From Sarea resinae (lineage: Eukaryota): a stretch of 64,000 bases of DNA. Location: positions 1 to 64,000 of the forward strand of contig JAPEUD010000095.1 in assembly GCA_026026165.1 (NCBI GenBank), given 5' to 3'. The notes beneath the pieces are model-generated. The model ran no database searches. It was not told the origin of the DNA and was given only the letters and a program-made list of their open reading frames with translations. A program made the position numbers and the translations under genes. Positions 12,721 through 23,600 of the stretch are shown here, one piece after another (position 1 is the stretch's first letter; every line of letters starts with the position of its first letter).

Positions 12721-14227
12721 CACTTTAATAGCACAATTATTATTCACCTTATAGTACTAGGTATCTCCTTTACCTATTACTGTGTTAAGTTCTATCACTG
12801 TGTTAAACTAACTGTTACTGTATTAGAATTTGTTACGTGTTAGTTTCTAATACTATGTTAGAATCTAATACTATTGTAGTACTATACTACAATTTTCTGC
12901 AGTGTTAACATGTAACAAGTGTTATTACTATATTAACACTGTCTTAACACTGTGTTAAATATCTCTAATATAGCACTAAGGTAGATATTAAAGACTGCAC
13001 TATCTGCTTAGAGGCTAAATTTACTAGACATGCTAGTAAACCCCCTATAGAAAAGCCTAAGGAATACCTTAAAATTGTATGTATTAATATAGAGAGTCCT
13101 ATAAAACCCCTAACACCTAGTAGTAATAAATACTATATTACCTTCCTAGACCTAGCTATAAAATACCTTAATATTTACCTTCTAGAACATTAAAGTAAAA
13201 CCTTTAGCAAATTTAAAGAATATATTACTAAAGAGGAAAATTAAAGCCTAAAAAGGCTAAAAAGATTTCACTTAGATAATACTAAGGTCTATAATAACAC
13301 TGTGTTTAAGGAATTTCATGCTGAAAAAGGCATTATAGACTCTTATAATACACCTTATACCTCTAAATAAAATAGCCTAGCAGAAAGGATTAATAGGACT
13401 CTACTTAATAAAGTAAGAGCACTATAAAATCAGACTAATATCCCTAAAAAATTCTAGGGGGAAGCTATCCCTAGCTGCTACATACCTCTATAATAGGACC
13501 CCTAATAGCTCTATAGGCTACAAAACACCCTATAAGCTAAGGTTTAATAAAAAGTCTAACCTAGATCATATAAAAATCTAGGGTTCTCTAGCCTATAAGA
13601 GAGAGCCTAAAGAACTAATTTTAAAATTAGATAATAGAGCTAAGCCCTATTACCTAATCAACTATAGCTTAAACTAATACAAGCTGCTAGACCCTAAGAC
13701 AGCTAAAACAATCTAGGCTAGAGATGTTAGGATTATAGAGAACACATTCTATAATTCTACAGAAGGCTATACCCCTGACCTAGAGGCCCTAGAGGAGCTA
13801 GAGAAAGATACATCTAATCTAGAGGATGAAAATCCTATAGGTGTCAAAAATTCACCTCCTACACCTGCTGTAACAGTATAGGAAGAACCTGTAACAGTAG
13901 AAGATCAAAGTTCTATAGGTGATAACAATTCAGTCACACCTGACATAATAGACACTAATAGTGAATCTGATATAGATAAGCTAAGCAGTGAATATTATGC
14001 AAATATAGCTAGCACCTCTAAGCAGTAACAACACTATGCAAACTTCATGCAAAATTTTATAGTCTGTGACAGTCTGCATACAAGGGGGAATTACACTGTT
14101 ACAGACACCTATAGAAGTCCTATAGACATGTCTAATCCTAAGAGCTATAGGGAAGCTCTAAAGTCACTCTATAAAGAGGAGTGGCTAAAATCAATGCAGA
14201 AGGAGCTTACTAAGCTGAAAGAGCTAG

Positions 14228-14644
14228 TGTAATAGGGTAAACCAGCAATAGCTTAGTCATCAGGTGTTGGTGGTGGGGTTGTGTTCCTTAGGGGTTTAAA
14301 AGGAGGCATTATTAGTTCTTTAGGCATTTATTTAGTGATTAGTTCTTTAGGCATTTATTTAGTGATTAGTTTTTCTAGCATTTAGTTAAGCAAGCAGTTA
14401 GCGCGTTAGTTTTCTTCTCTTCTTCTTGTTACTCAGTTACTAGGCTATAGGCTAATAGCTTATGTTAATTGATACGCTTGTTCTATCACCTATTTAAGTG
14501 CCCTAAGATATATTAGCAGCAAGACCTAAGACAGTGATACACTTAACAGCTATTAAGCATAGTAGCGCTATTATAATTCAGCAGTTCCTGCATCTTTAGG
14601 ACTGTCTAGCACTTATCTAGTGCGATCTAGTTTAATCCCTTACA
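14228..14644 (+). mobile_element. Solo LTR (probably Gypsy type) inserted in the Copia pol, 4-bp TSD CTAG
   Basis: TGTAATAGGG...CCCTTACA termini; CTAG at 14224-14227 and 14645-14648; removing it restores KEL-GVLKLV in frame; internal ~27-bp duplication near 14312-14370. Confidence 0.88.
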
Positions 14645-14826
14645 CTAGGAGTTCTAAAGCTAGTCTCTAGACCTGAAAATGCTAATACAATTAATAGTAG
14701 GTAGGTCTATAAAACAAAGCTAAACCCTAATAATACAATCAACAAAAGGAAATCTAGGTAGGTTGCTAGAGGCTTCCTACAAAAGCAAGGGGTTGACTAT
14801 ACAGAGACCTTGCACACACTAGCAAT

Positions 14827-15311
14827 TAGGCTGGCATATGGGTCGGGTTGAACGGATTAGGGTTAGGGTTCACCAACCCTATGTGGGTTTCTAGAGTGAA
14901 TGGATTATAGAGTATAAAATCCAACCTAATTGTAAATTGGGTCGGTTTTTTCTTGGCACTACTGCACGTGACATTTTGCTTATGTAATCGTAAGTCTAGG
15001 GTGTACAACACTAAGAAAAGTCAATTTCCTATGTGATAAAAAGAGCGTTACCTTTTGCTGTTACTGTTACATTCCTATAGGTGCGTGAAACTATGCTGCA
15101 ATACATGCAAACAGCACCTATAGGTGTGTTCTCAGCATGTAACAGTGCTGAAAATTACGTGTTGGATTAAAATGGATTATCCTAGGTTGGGTTGACTATT
15201 GTTCTACTAACACACTATTAGTTGATAGGTTACTAGACTAGCCTTATCTAGTCTGTGAGCCTTATCTGCAGAACCATTAGATTGACAAAACTAGTTAGAG
15301 CGGTCACCCTA
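14827..15311. mobile_element. hAT-like non-autonomous element (MITE), 8-bp TSD CTAGCAAT
   Basis: CTAGCAAT at 14819-14826 and 15312-15319; imperfect TIRs TAGGCTGGC and TAGGGTGAC; GGGTTG/CAACCC subterminal words; removal rejoins AHTSN-PTAIKLLL of the Copia RT. Confidence 0.85.
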
Positions 15312-15780
15312 CTAGCAATCCAACAGCTATAAAACTACTTCTAGTTATAGCTGCTAAACTAGATCTAGAAATATATTAGTAGGATATAGCTTCTGCATTT
15401 CCTAATGCTAATCTAGATAAACCTATCTATATAGAGCAGCTAGAGGGTTTTATAGAAGAAAAAGGCAAAGTCTATCTTCTAAACAAAGCCTTATATAGCT
15501 TAAAACAAGCTGCTAGACAGTAGGAAATTCACCTAAAGAATTTACTTATAAAAATAGGATTTAAAACAATCCTAGCAGATAGCTCTACTTATCTATGTTA
15601 GAGAGGATATAATAATCACTATATATATAGACAACATTTTGCTATTTAGCAAATTAGCTAATAGTATAAATAGTCTCTATAAAGACCTCTCTAAGCACTT
15701 AGAGATCTCTAATCTAAGGGCTATAAAATTCTATCTAGGGATAGAAATCTCTAGAGATAGATCTAATAGAAGGATTAATC

Positions 15781-16300
15781 TGTTAGAATTATAACCTTAA
15801 TTCTAGTCACTCTTAAGTATCTAGACTGTTATAGAATGTTATATGACAGTATAGATACATCTAGAAGCTTCTACAGACCTATAGAAGCTAATAGAACTCT
15901 ATAGAACCTTATAGAACATTCTAGAAGATTCTATAGCTATGCTGACTAAGCATCACTACATGCTGACTAAGCATCTAGAACCTTCTAGAACCTCCTAGAA
16001 TGTTCTAGAACTGTCTAGAAGTCTATAGAATCTCTTAGATATCTATAGAACTCTATGACATAAGGGTTACACAACTATCTCCTGACTTTCTTACAAAGCC
16101 TATGTCATTGTCAGCCTATTGCTTACAAATCACTCATGTAATTAGTCATCACTAGAAGTTTCTAGTAAGTCAGTCAAGTCTATATATTGACTGCCTTACA
16201 CCTCTATAGCTAGAATCTCTAAGTTTATAATACACAATCATTCTATACTACACTTCTTTAGCACCTTCCTCTACTTATATCTTTGTGCTACCTTCTAACA
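15781..16300 (+). mobile_element. Solo Copia LTR of the same family as the host element, 5-bp TSD TAATC
   Basis: TGTTAGAA...TTCTAACA termini; TAATC at 15776-15780 and 16301-16305; colinear with the LTR at 17250-17779. Confidence 0.95.
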
Positions 16301-17249
16301 TAATCTAAATTAGAAGGCTTTTATTACTAATTTATTGATAAAATTCAACAAATTAGGCTTAAAGCCTATAATAACACCTTCTATTAGTAGTGTAAAGTTA
16401 GATAGAAATAGTTTATAAGTAAACTCTAAAGATATTAAACAATATTAAAGGGAAATAAGTAGTCTAATCTACTTAACTGTTATTTCTAGACCTAATCTAG
16501 CCTATATAGTAAATCTATATGCTAGATTTATGCAAAATCCTAGCTAGCTGCATTTTAAATCCCTAGATAGGATCTAGTAATACCTTATCTATATAAAAGA
16601 CTATAGTCTTATCTATTAGTCTAAACTACAACAAAAAGGCCTAAAACTCCTAGGTTATTGCAATTCAGACTAGAGAGGAGATTACAGCAGAAAATCTACA
16701 ACAGGCTATGTTTTTCTACTAGATAATAACATAGTTTCCTAGAATTCTAAATTATAAAAAACAATTGCTCTAAGCTCTTATAAAGCAGAATACATAGCCC
16801 TAAAAGAGGCTATAAAAGAGAATTTATATATAAATTCTCTAATTAAGCAAATTCCTTTGCTAAAAGACAATATTAGCATAGAGGATTTTAAGGCTATATA
16901 CACTAACAGCCTTTCTGCTATAGAACTTGTAAGAAACCTAATGTTTCATTAAAAAAGAAAGCATATTGATATACAATATCACTTTGTTAGAGACAACTAT
17001 TAAAAGAATATAATTCCCCTGAATTATATACCTACAGCTAGTCAACTAGCAGACAGCTTTACTAAGCCACTTAGCACTTAAAAGTAGCTAGAAGTCCTAA
17101 AGGCTATTTAGATACAGCCTACACCTAAAGAACAAACAAGTTCTATAGGTGCATAAAACTGCGTACCTATAGCAACTGTTATAAAAAGCTAAGTTCTATA
17201 GGTGTTCTAAATTACATACCTATCCTATAGAATTAAGCTTAAGGGGGTG

Positions 17250-17779
17250 TGTTAGAATTATAACCTTAATTCTAGTCACTCTTAAGTATCTAGACTGTTA
17301 CAGAATGTTATATAATAGTATAGATACATCTAGAAGCTTCTACAGACCTATAGAAGCTAATAGAATATTGTAGAACTTTATAGAATCTTATAGAACATTC
17401 TAGAAGATTTTATAGCTATGCTAACTAAGTATCACTATATGCTGACTAAGCATCTAGACTGTTCTAGAACCCTCTAGAATGTTCTAGAACTATCTAGAAG
17501 TCTATAGAATCCCTTAGATATCTATAGAACTCTATAATATAAGGGTTACACAACTATCTCTTAACTTTCTTACAAAGCATATATTATTATTAGCCTATTG
17601 CTTACAAATCACTTATGTAATTAGTTATCACTAGAAGTTTCTAGTAAGTTAGTTAAGTCTATATATTAACTGCCTTACACCTCTATAGCTAGAATCTCTA
17701 AGTTTATAATATATAATTATTCTATACTATACTTCTTTAGCACCTTCCTCTACTTATATCTTTATACTACCTTCTTATA
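17250..17779 (+). repeat. Copia 3' LTR
   Basis: Starts TGTTAGAATTATAACC directly after the PPT; near-identical to 15781-16300 apart from transitions and a short indel. Confidence 0.93.
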
Positions 17780-17890
17780 AGTTTTATAGAAGATAAAAAG
17801 TCTATCTTCTAAATAAAGCTCTATATAGCCTAGAACAAGCTGCTAGATAGGTAGTAGGAAATTCCTACTTAAAGACTTTCTTTATAGACT
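17780..17890 (+). mobile_element. Fragment of a second, related Copia RT
   Basis: TTTTATAGAAGA...AAAGTCTATCTTCTAAATAAAGCTCTATATAGCCTAGAACAAGCTGCTAGA closely matches ~15448-15520 (VYLLNKALYSL.QAAR). Confidence 0.8.
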
Positions 17891-18264
17891 TAGAGAATAT
17901 ATTGTCTAACTAGTCTAAGCCTCTCTTATAATAGTAGTTCTAAGATCTTTTATAGGTGTTATAACAGTGTTATTATAGTGTTGTTATAGCCTTAACACTT
18001 TCTACAGGTTTTAAGGCAGTGTTGCCTCTTTTTTTAGTGTTATAGTAGTAGTAGGTATTTCTTTAAATTTTAAATCAGCTAATTTTTACTAAGACATTTA
18101 ATAAAAAATTTAAGTTGTAATTATTTAATTGCTTACTATATATAGATTTAGGTATAAGAAGTTTGTATTACTACTTACATGCCCTATGCTATTTGTAGAA
18201 CCCATCTTGAGACCGTGTTAAGACCGTTGTGCAACTCTCTCTGTCTGCAGACAGTGAAGCTTAG

Positions 18265-19300
18265 ATGGCGCGGACAATGGATGATACTCGGCCTTTTCTG
18301 TACGCGGTTGGCAGATTAGCGAAGACGATCGGTGACGTTCGACGTCGTCTAAAGACACGCGCTTGCCCCGCTACAAAATGTACTAGTGCTTTGGCACATC
18401 AGCGGCGTCGGCTCGCCTACTTGAGTCGCGACGGTCGATGGCGCGGCCATAAGCAAGCGCAATGTGCCTGCCTAGACCGCCTCTATGACTCGATCAGTAG
18501 TGTGGGATGTACTCCGGAGTATACGATCGTGGGCTTACCACAAGCACGCTCTATTATGATGACCAGACTGACTGACCCTGGATGACTCTTTAGGCTGTTC
18601 GATGAAATCGAGATTTATAGTCTCTTTTCTGTTCAGACCTTCGACGAAATCGCAGCCGACCGGAAGCTCATTTTTTGTGCCTCTTACGATGCCCTGACTC
18701 AGCCCCTAAGTTGGGCCTAGGCAGCCTACGCCTTCGACTCAGTCACTTTCGCACTGCGGGGACTTTCCCGTCTCGGAAAGCTTGGCCGCGCTGCTGCGAG
18801 CCAAATCGGTAGCAGCCTGGGATGCCCTTGAGATGAAACGTTTCTTTTCAATCTGAAACATCTCCCGTTCATTTTGAGCTCTGTTATCCCAGTCCAGAGA
18901 TGCGTCACAGTGATGGAGCGCGATATTCTCTCTTGGCGAAGGTATTGGCAGCCCTGGAGAACTTCAAGGGGCAAGGGGAGGGGCGGTTTGCCGAGTGGTC
19001 AGATGGATGGAGACCATTGAATATCATTTGTCCTTGGAACATCAAATCGTCGCTACTAGTGCTATGGGGCATTTGTTGATGTTCTTTGATCGACTCGCGA
19101 AGCAAAGTGTTCGAGCGCAGAAGATATTAGAAGGATTGGAAGATGTGTTTCCCGCACACGATTCCTGGCGATCCTCGCAAGGTGCATCGTTCTCTCCGAA
19201 TCGATGCGGCTCTTCCTGTGGCATATATAACTAGACTCTTGACCACTCGAATGCGTGAAAATGATAGCGAACGTCATCACATCAAATCAAGATTGGACAG
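18265..19300 (+). pseudogene. Disrupted gene of unknown function
   Basis: Frame +1 continues as plausible protein through isolated stops (about 18583, 18718, 18829), then shifts in a G-run near 18980 into ORF 18995-19234; no family recognised. Confidence 0.4.
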
Positions 19301-19844
19301 TCGCCGAAGAGAGAGGAACCGAGCGACAGGGTCTCATTGGGGCACAGTGGTACAGGTCATATAGACAGTCCGCAAGGCAAGGTGAGTCACAGCCACAACT
19401 CATCATAATAGTCACGAGACAAACTTTTTACGTCCACCGTTGTGTGTCCTTCACATGACCAATAATCTAGGCAGGCATCTCGAATATAGACGGCGGCGAA
19501 TATTCGGCGCGTACAGTGGAGAATGATGGAGTTCAAAATGGCTATAAATGGCCATATCCTAGCAATGCGCACCTAGATCCTTGTATGACATCTCCAATAA
19601 GTGCTTGGCCAGATATTCAAACCTCAATTTCCGTACTGGAGGACTCGAGAGGGATCATACTATTACCAGTATGCCAAGAAGCAATCGGGCTGCAGTCCTC
19701 GAATTCTCTTGCGGTCCTCGCATTGTTAATCCAGCCTCCAGATGACTCTGGACAGGACTAACAGGTCGGTCAGGAATACTTCCAAGCTTTACGTTGGTCG
19801 AGTTTCGCCTTTCCAGACACAGCCAATATTGGGCAGAGCCCACG

Positions 19845-20573
19845 ATGAGAAACCCTAGTCGATATCCCAGTCCTGATAGCCCCAACTGTAGCAATTCCTC
19901 AATGAGCGCTAGCAATTCAACAAAGGACCTAGATACCGCAATATCCAAAGGTGCGTCGCCTGTCCGAGATAGTACAGCGCCATCGAAACATCCTGCAAAG
20001 AGCTTGATTCCTTCACCAAAGGTACAAAATGAGCTATCTTGTGGACATCTCTCGCGCAGAAGCGATCTAAGGTCAGTCTTTTATTTTCGCTGTTCGACTG
20101 CACCCTGCTAACATCTACTTAGAAAACACTCCTATAAATGCAGTTTGGCGAACTGTGGTAAACAATTCTCATATGCGGGGGGTCTCTCACGTCACGAACG
20201 AGAAGTCCACAAAAAGAACGACGGACGAGATCTACTCATGTGCCCTTTTTTGGGCTGTAAACGTAGCTCCGTTGGCTTCAGTCGAAAGGAGAACTACAAC
20301 GAACATATACGCCGTGTCCATCGAAAGGCTCAAGACGGCTCCCTGCCGTCGGAAGTTGCAGGCCATCCTCAGAAACGAAAGCGAGCATCTTCTGGGAGTC
20401 CGTCTGCGGGTGAGCCCGAAATCACCAAGAACCTGCAAACAGAGATGAAGAGATTAAGGAAAGGGGAAGAGGCATTGGAGGACAGAATACGGAAGTTGGA
20501 ATTTGCCATATCGAATTTCGCTCGAGAAGGTCGAGGAAGAGAAAATTATAGAGCGAGTTCTTCTTTCCCTTGA
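19845..20573 (+). CDS. C2H2 zinc-finger protein with C-terminal coiled coil (possibly 5'-truncated)
   Basis: Intron 20072-20122 (GTCAGT...GCTAAC...TAG) joins in frame; YKCSLANCGKQFSYAGGLSRHEREVH and CPFLGCKRSSVGFSRKENYNEHIRRVH; basic QKRKR patch. Confidence 0.8.
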
Positions 20574-20699
20574 GGCTTGATGTTGGTTTATGGCAAAGAA
20601 TGGATATTGGATTCATAGGGAGAAACTAGACTTTCCTGAAGGGACTTCGGCCACTGACACTGTCATATTCGTTTGCTATGTTTTTTCTACGATGTAAGC

Positions 20700-23600
20700 T
20701 CTATATCATATTATGCAACTCCGCCATAGCTTGCTTCATGTGATGCTAAGATACGGAATTCGACAAGTGAAAAGAGATATTTTCATGAAGTAATTGACCT
20801 CGCCCATGTTTTCGTTACCAATAATGATCCGACCAAGTCTTACACGGCTGAGAGCGACATTGGCTCTGTTAGCATCAGCAACAAAGCCTAAGCCTGTATG
20901 ACCACCTGGTCTAACGGTTGAGAGGATGACGTAGTTCTTTTCATCGCCTTGTGCCGAGTCCACCGTTCTAACCCCTATCTCCGGGCATTCTAAGACGCCG
21001 TGAATTAACTTCGATAGAAGCTGCAGGTCTTCCTGATGATAGGTGAGTACCAGAAGTAACTCTTTCGGGCAGCCATGGTCCAATAGCCTCTGGATGCAAA
21101 ACATGATACATTCTATATACCCGGGATTCACCAAAGAACTTGATCCTTCTCGATGCATTGCGGCGCAAGGTTCCAGGAGATGAAGAGAGAGTTACCAGGA
21201 GAAAGATCGGGGATGAGAGAGGTCATGCACTTCCTGAAGGTGCTAGTCCCTGGCCTCGAGATGCAGCTATCATCTGTAAGCAGCTGGCCGCCGTAGAATT
21301 TGTCGCTAACGAAGGTAGCAATATCTGGATGCATGCGATATTGAGTATTTAGAAAGATTAATAATATCCTACTCTTTAGAAGTTAATCTAGAGATAAGCT
21401 ATATAACACACTATATTCATTAGCGCTCTGGAAAGTAATAGTAGGTCGTCCTAAGCCTTTTGAACGTTTTAAGCAGGTTCTTATAGTACTTGTCTTTAGT
21501 TTCGGTCTATCTCGTCGTAACTCCCAGCACCATCCGCGGAAAACACCCTCTCGCTTTCTAGTAGCTTCTGTGCAGTTACAAAGGCCCGTATCAAGGCATA
21601 CTCATCACGCTGCTAGGCGTTGCCTTGAGGGGATCTTAGACCTAATGACATTACGAGAGTCATTCTGGAAACAATATGCCCGGAAAGCGAGAAGCAACCC
21701 GGAACAATGTTTCTTGCTTTCACCCATGATTGCAGGCGTTCTATAGTCTTCTTGTATGTCACAAGGGAGAGAGACTGAAAGCAGTCAGGTAGGACTTCCC
21801 CTTGTCCAGATATTAGAGATTGGTCGGATAGGGTGTCCCGTTTTCCAGGGTCCGCTTGCTGCCCATAGGACTCCGCGAACTCTGTGGACAGCCTGTAGAC
21901 TCCTTCCAAAGTGATATCTTGTCCGTATGTGGGAACATCCTTATATAGACGATTAGCGAGTACGTCTAAAGCTTTATTGCTTTCGGCGATTATAAACAGG
22001 TGCTGTTTTCGGGTTATTCAGTGGTTGATACTTCTGAATACCTAAAATATTAGGATTAGATTACAACTATTTATTAGCAAAAGTTCATTTTTGATTATTA
22101 TTTATAGCTTGTCCTGCTGGCGGAGGCATAAGCAGGTAATATTCATGGAAACAGTTGTCTTTCCAGTACCGGGAGGGCCAATGATCAAAGAGAAGTATCC
22201 AGGGTTGATACCAACTTTGAGAATTTCTGTGATTGCCTGCAGCTGTGATGGATTTGGCGGATAGAGCTGATGGGTTCTTGCAGGGTCGTAATCAGCCTTG
22301 AATTTGCCATCATTGTTTTGAGGGGCGGCCTGACTCTCAGTAGCTAAGAGAATATACTTCAGCTTATTCTTCCGGGTAATTTCCAAAGCCTCATCGCCAT
22401 GCATGGCATAATGGACAGCTTCTCTCTCCTGGGCGAAGGGCAGATTCTGCATTCCAAAGCGAATCATTTCCCGCTTCATACCCAGAACAATCCCTCCAGT
22501 TGAAGGCCGCTTGACCAGAAGACAAATCTTGAAGTCATCATCAGTCTGTCCTCGCGCTCTGATTTTGGTGACGACGCTTCCTTGCCAGATCTCTTTCTCT
22601 ACTTTATCTAAAAGTTGTCCGTGTCATTGCCTTAGCTAGACTGGAACTTTCGTTGATCATCTCTAAAGTCACGGGCATTCCCGTTGGGGGTGGCCGTAGG
22701 TCAAGCTCATTGGGATTCTGCCCTGCGGGGACTGTATCCACCGAGATGAGGAAATGGTCGTCGGTAAGTCCATTCAGGACACTTGATGCGGGAGTCAGTT
22801 CAAAAGATTATTGACGGTTGAACCCTTTCTGTGCCATTTTGCGGGCGTAGTGTGCCTCGCGGAGTAATCCAACGATCTTGTGGAATTCGTACTGCCTCCC
22901 GTTGATGAATCGAATGGGTGCATCTATCGACTTCACCTGCCAGTCGCTCTTGTAGAGCGGGGGATTGGTCGTCCAGCCAGACTCTCTCTTACGGTGGTGA
23001 AGCTCGATAAATGCTTCCTCTATCAAGGCGAATGTCTCAGATTCTTCCGAGCGTGCCTCGTTGAACCAAAAAACTTGCATCATACTCTGAAAAGGGAGGA
23101 GGAGTTTGCACCGGCATGGCAGAAAAGAGGGTCCAATTCTGTACCAAGGGTCTCGGTACCGCCATGCTCTTGTGCTAATCGAAAGCCATGTAGCTAGTAA
23201 AATCTCATCTAAGCGTTTCAACTATTTCCACCTCCTCTAAGCGCAATCACACCTGCTCGCTGGTTCCTGGCGCTGTATGTGGCGTCCATGTAGTCTTGGA
23301 GGTCCTGCGTAACATAACAGCCTGGCTCCACGCATCCCTCGTTCTAGGCTCGCGATAGATAACCCAAGTTGATACTTAAGGTAGGTAGCCGCCCTACCCG
23401 GTCGCGGCAATATATTTAAAGCTGTATTTGTCTGACATTGGCAGGGTTTAGCAACTCAAATGCGAGCTCCAGGCTTCTGCGGAAGGAACCTTTTGTGACG
23501 TCTCCAATGATCTTAGTACAATTTGCATGCTAGTTTCCCCAGGTCATGTATGACAGCAAGACAGTCAGTACAGCAGTCATCAACTATGTATGTTGCTTTA

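Larger units (their letters stand above)
12960..17779 (+). mobile_element. 5'-truncated Ty1/Copia retrotransposon (integrase, RT, RNase H, PPT, 3' LTR), RIP-inactivated
   Basis: CTICLEAKFTR (pre-integrase); YYITFLD; NSLAERINRTL; R*VYK...R*VARGFLQKQGVDYTET; LNKALYSLKQAAR; YIDN for YVDD near 15625; GYCNSD*RGDYSRKSTTGY; KHIDIQYHFVR; QLADSFTKPL. Integrase precedes RT. PPT AAGGGGG at 17241. No gag or 5' LTR seen. Confidence 0.95.
1..18200. other. AT-rich RIP-mutated transposon block
   Basis: Visible TpA excess; almost no ORFs in the six-frame track; TAG/TAA at positions where Trp/Gln/Arg are expected in recognisable TE proteins; abrupt switch to normal composition near 18200. Confidence 0.95.

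Noticed and set aside
14857..14868. TTAGGGTTAGGG as a telomeric repeat
   Set aside because: Only two units, inside a MITE whose GGGTTG/GGGTCG subterminal words can mutate to this.
15781..17779. Complete 2-kb mini LTR element bounded by the two Copia LTRs
   Set aside because: The first LTR has its own TSD (TAATC) on both sides and splits a continuous RT, so it is a solo insertion.
20736..22479. Helicase relic as a recent duplicate of UPF1
   Set aside because: Similarity is limited to generic SF1 motifs; no UPF1 CH domain recognised.
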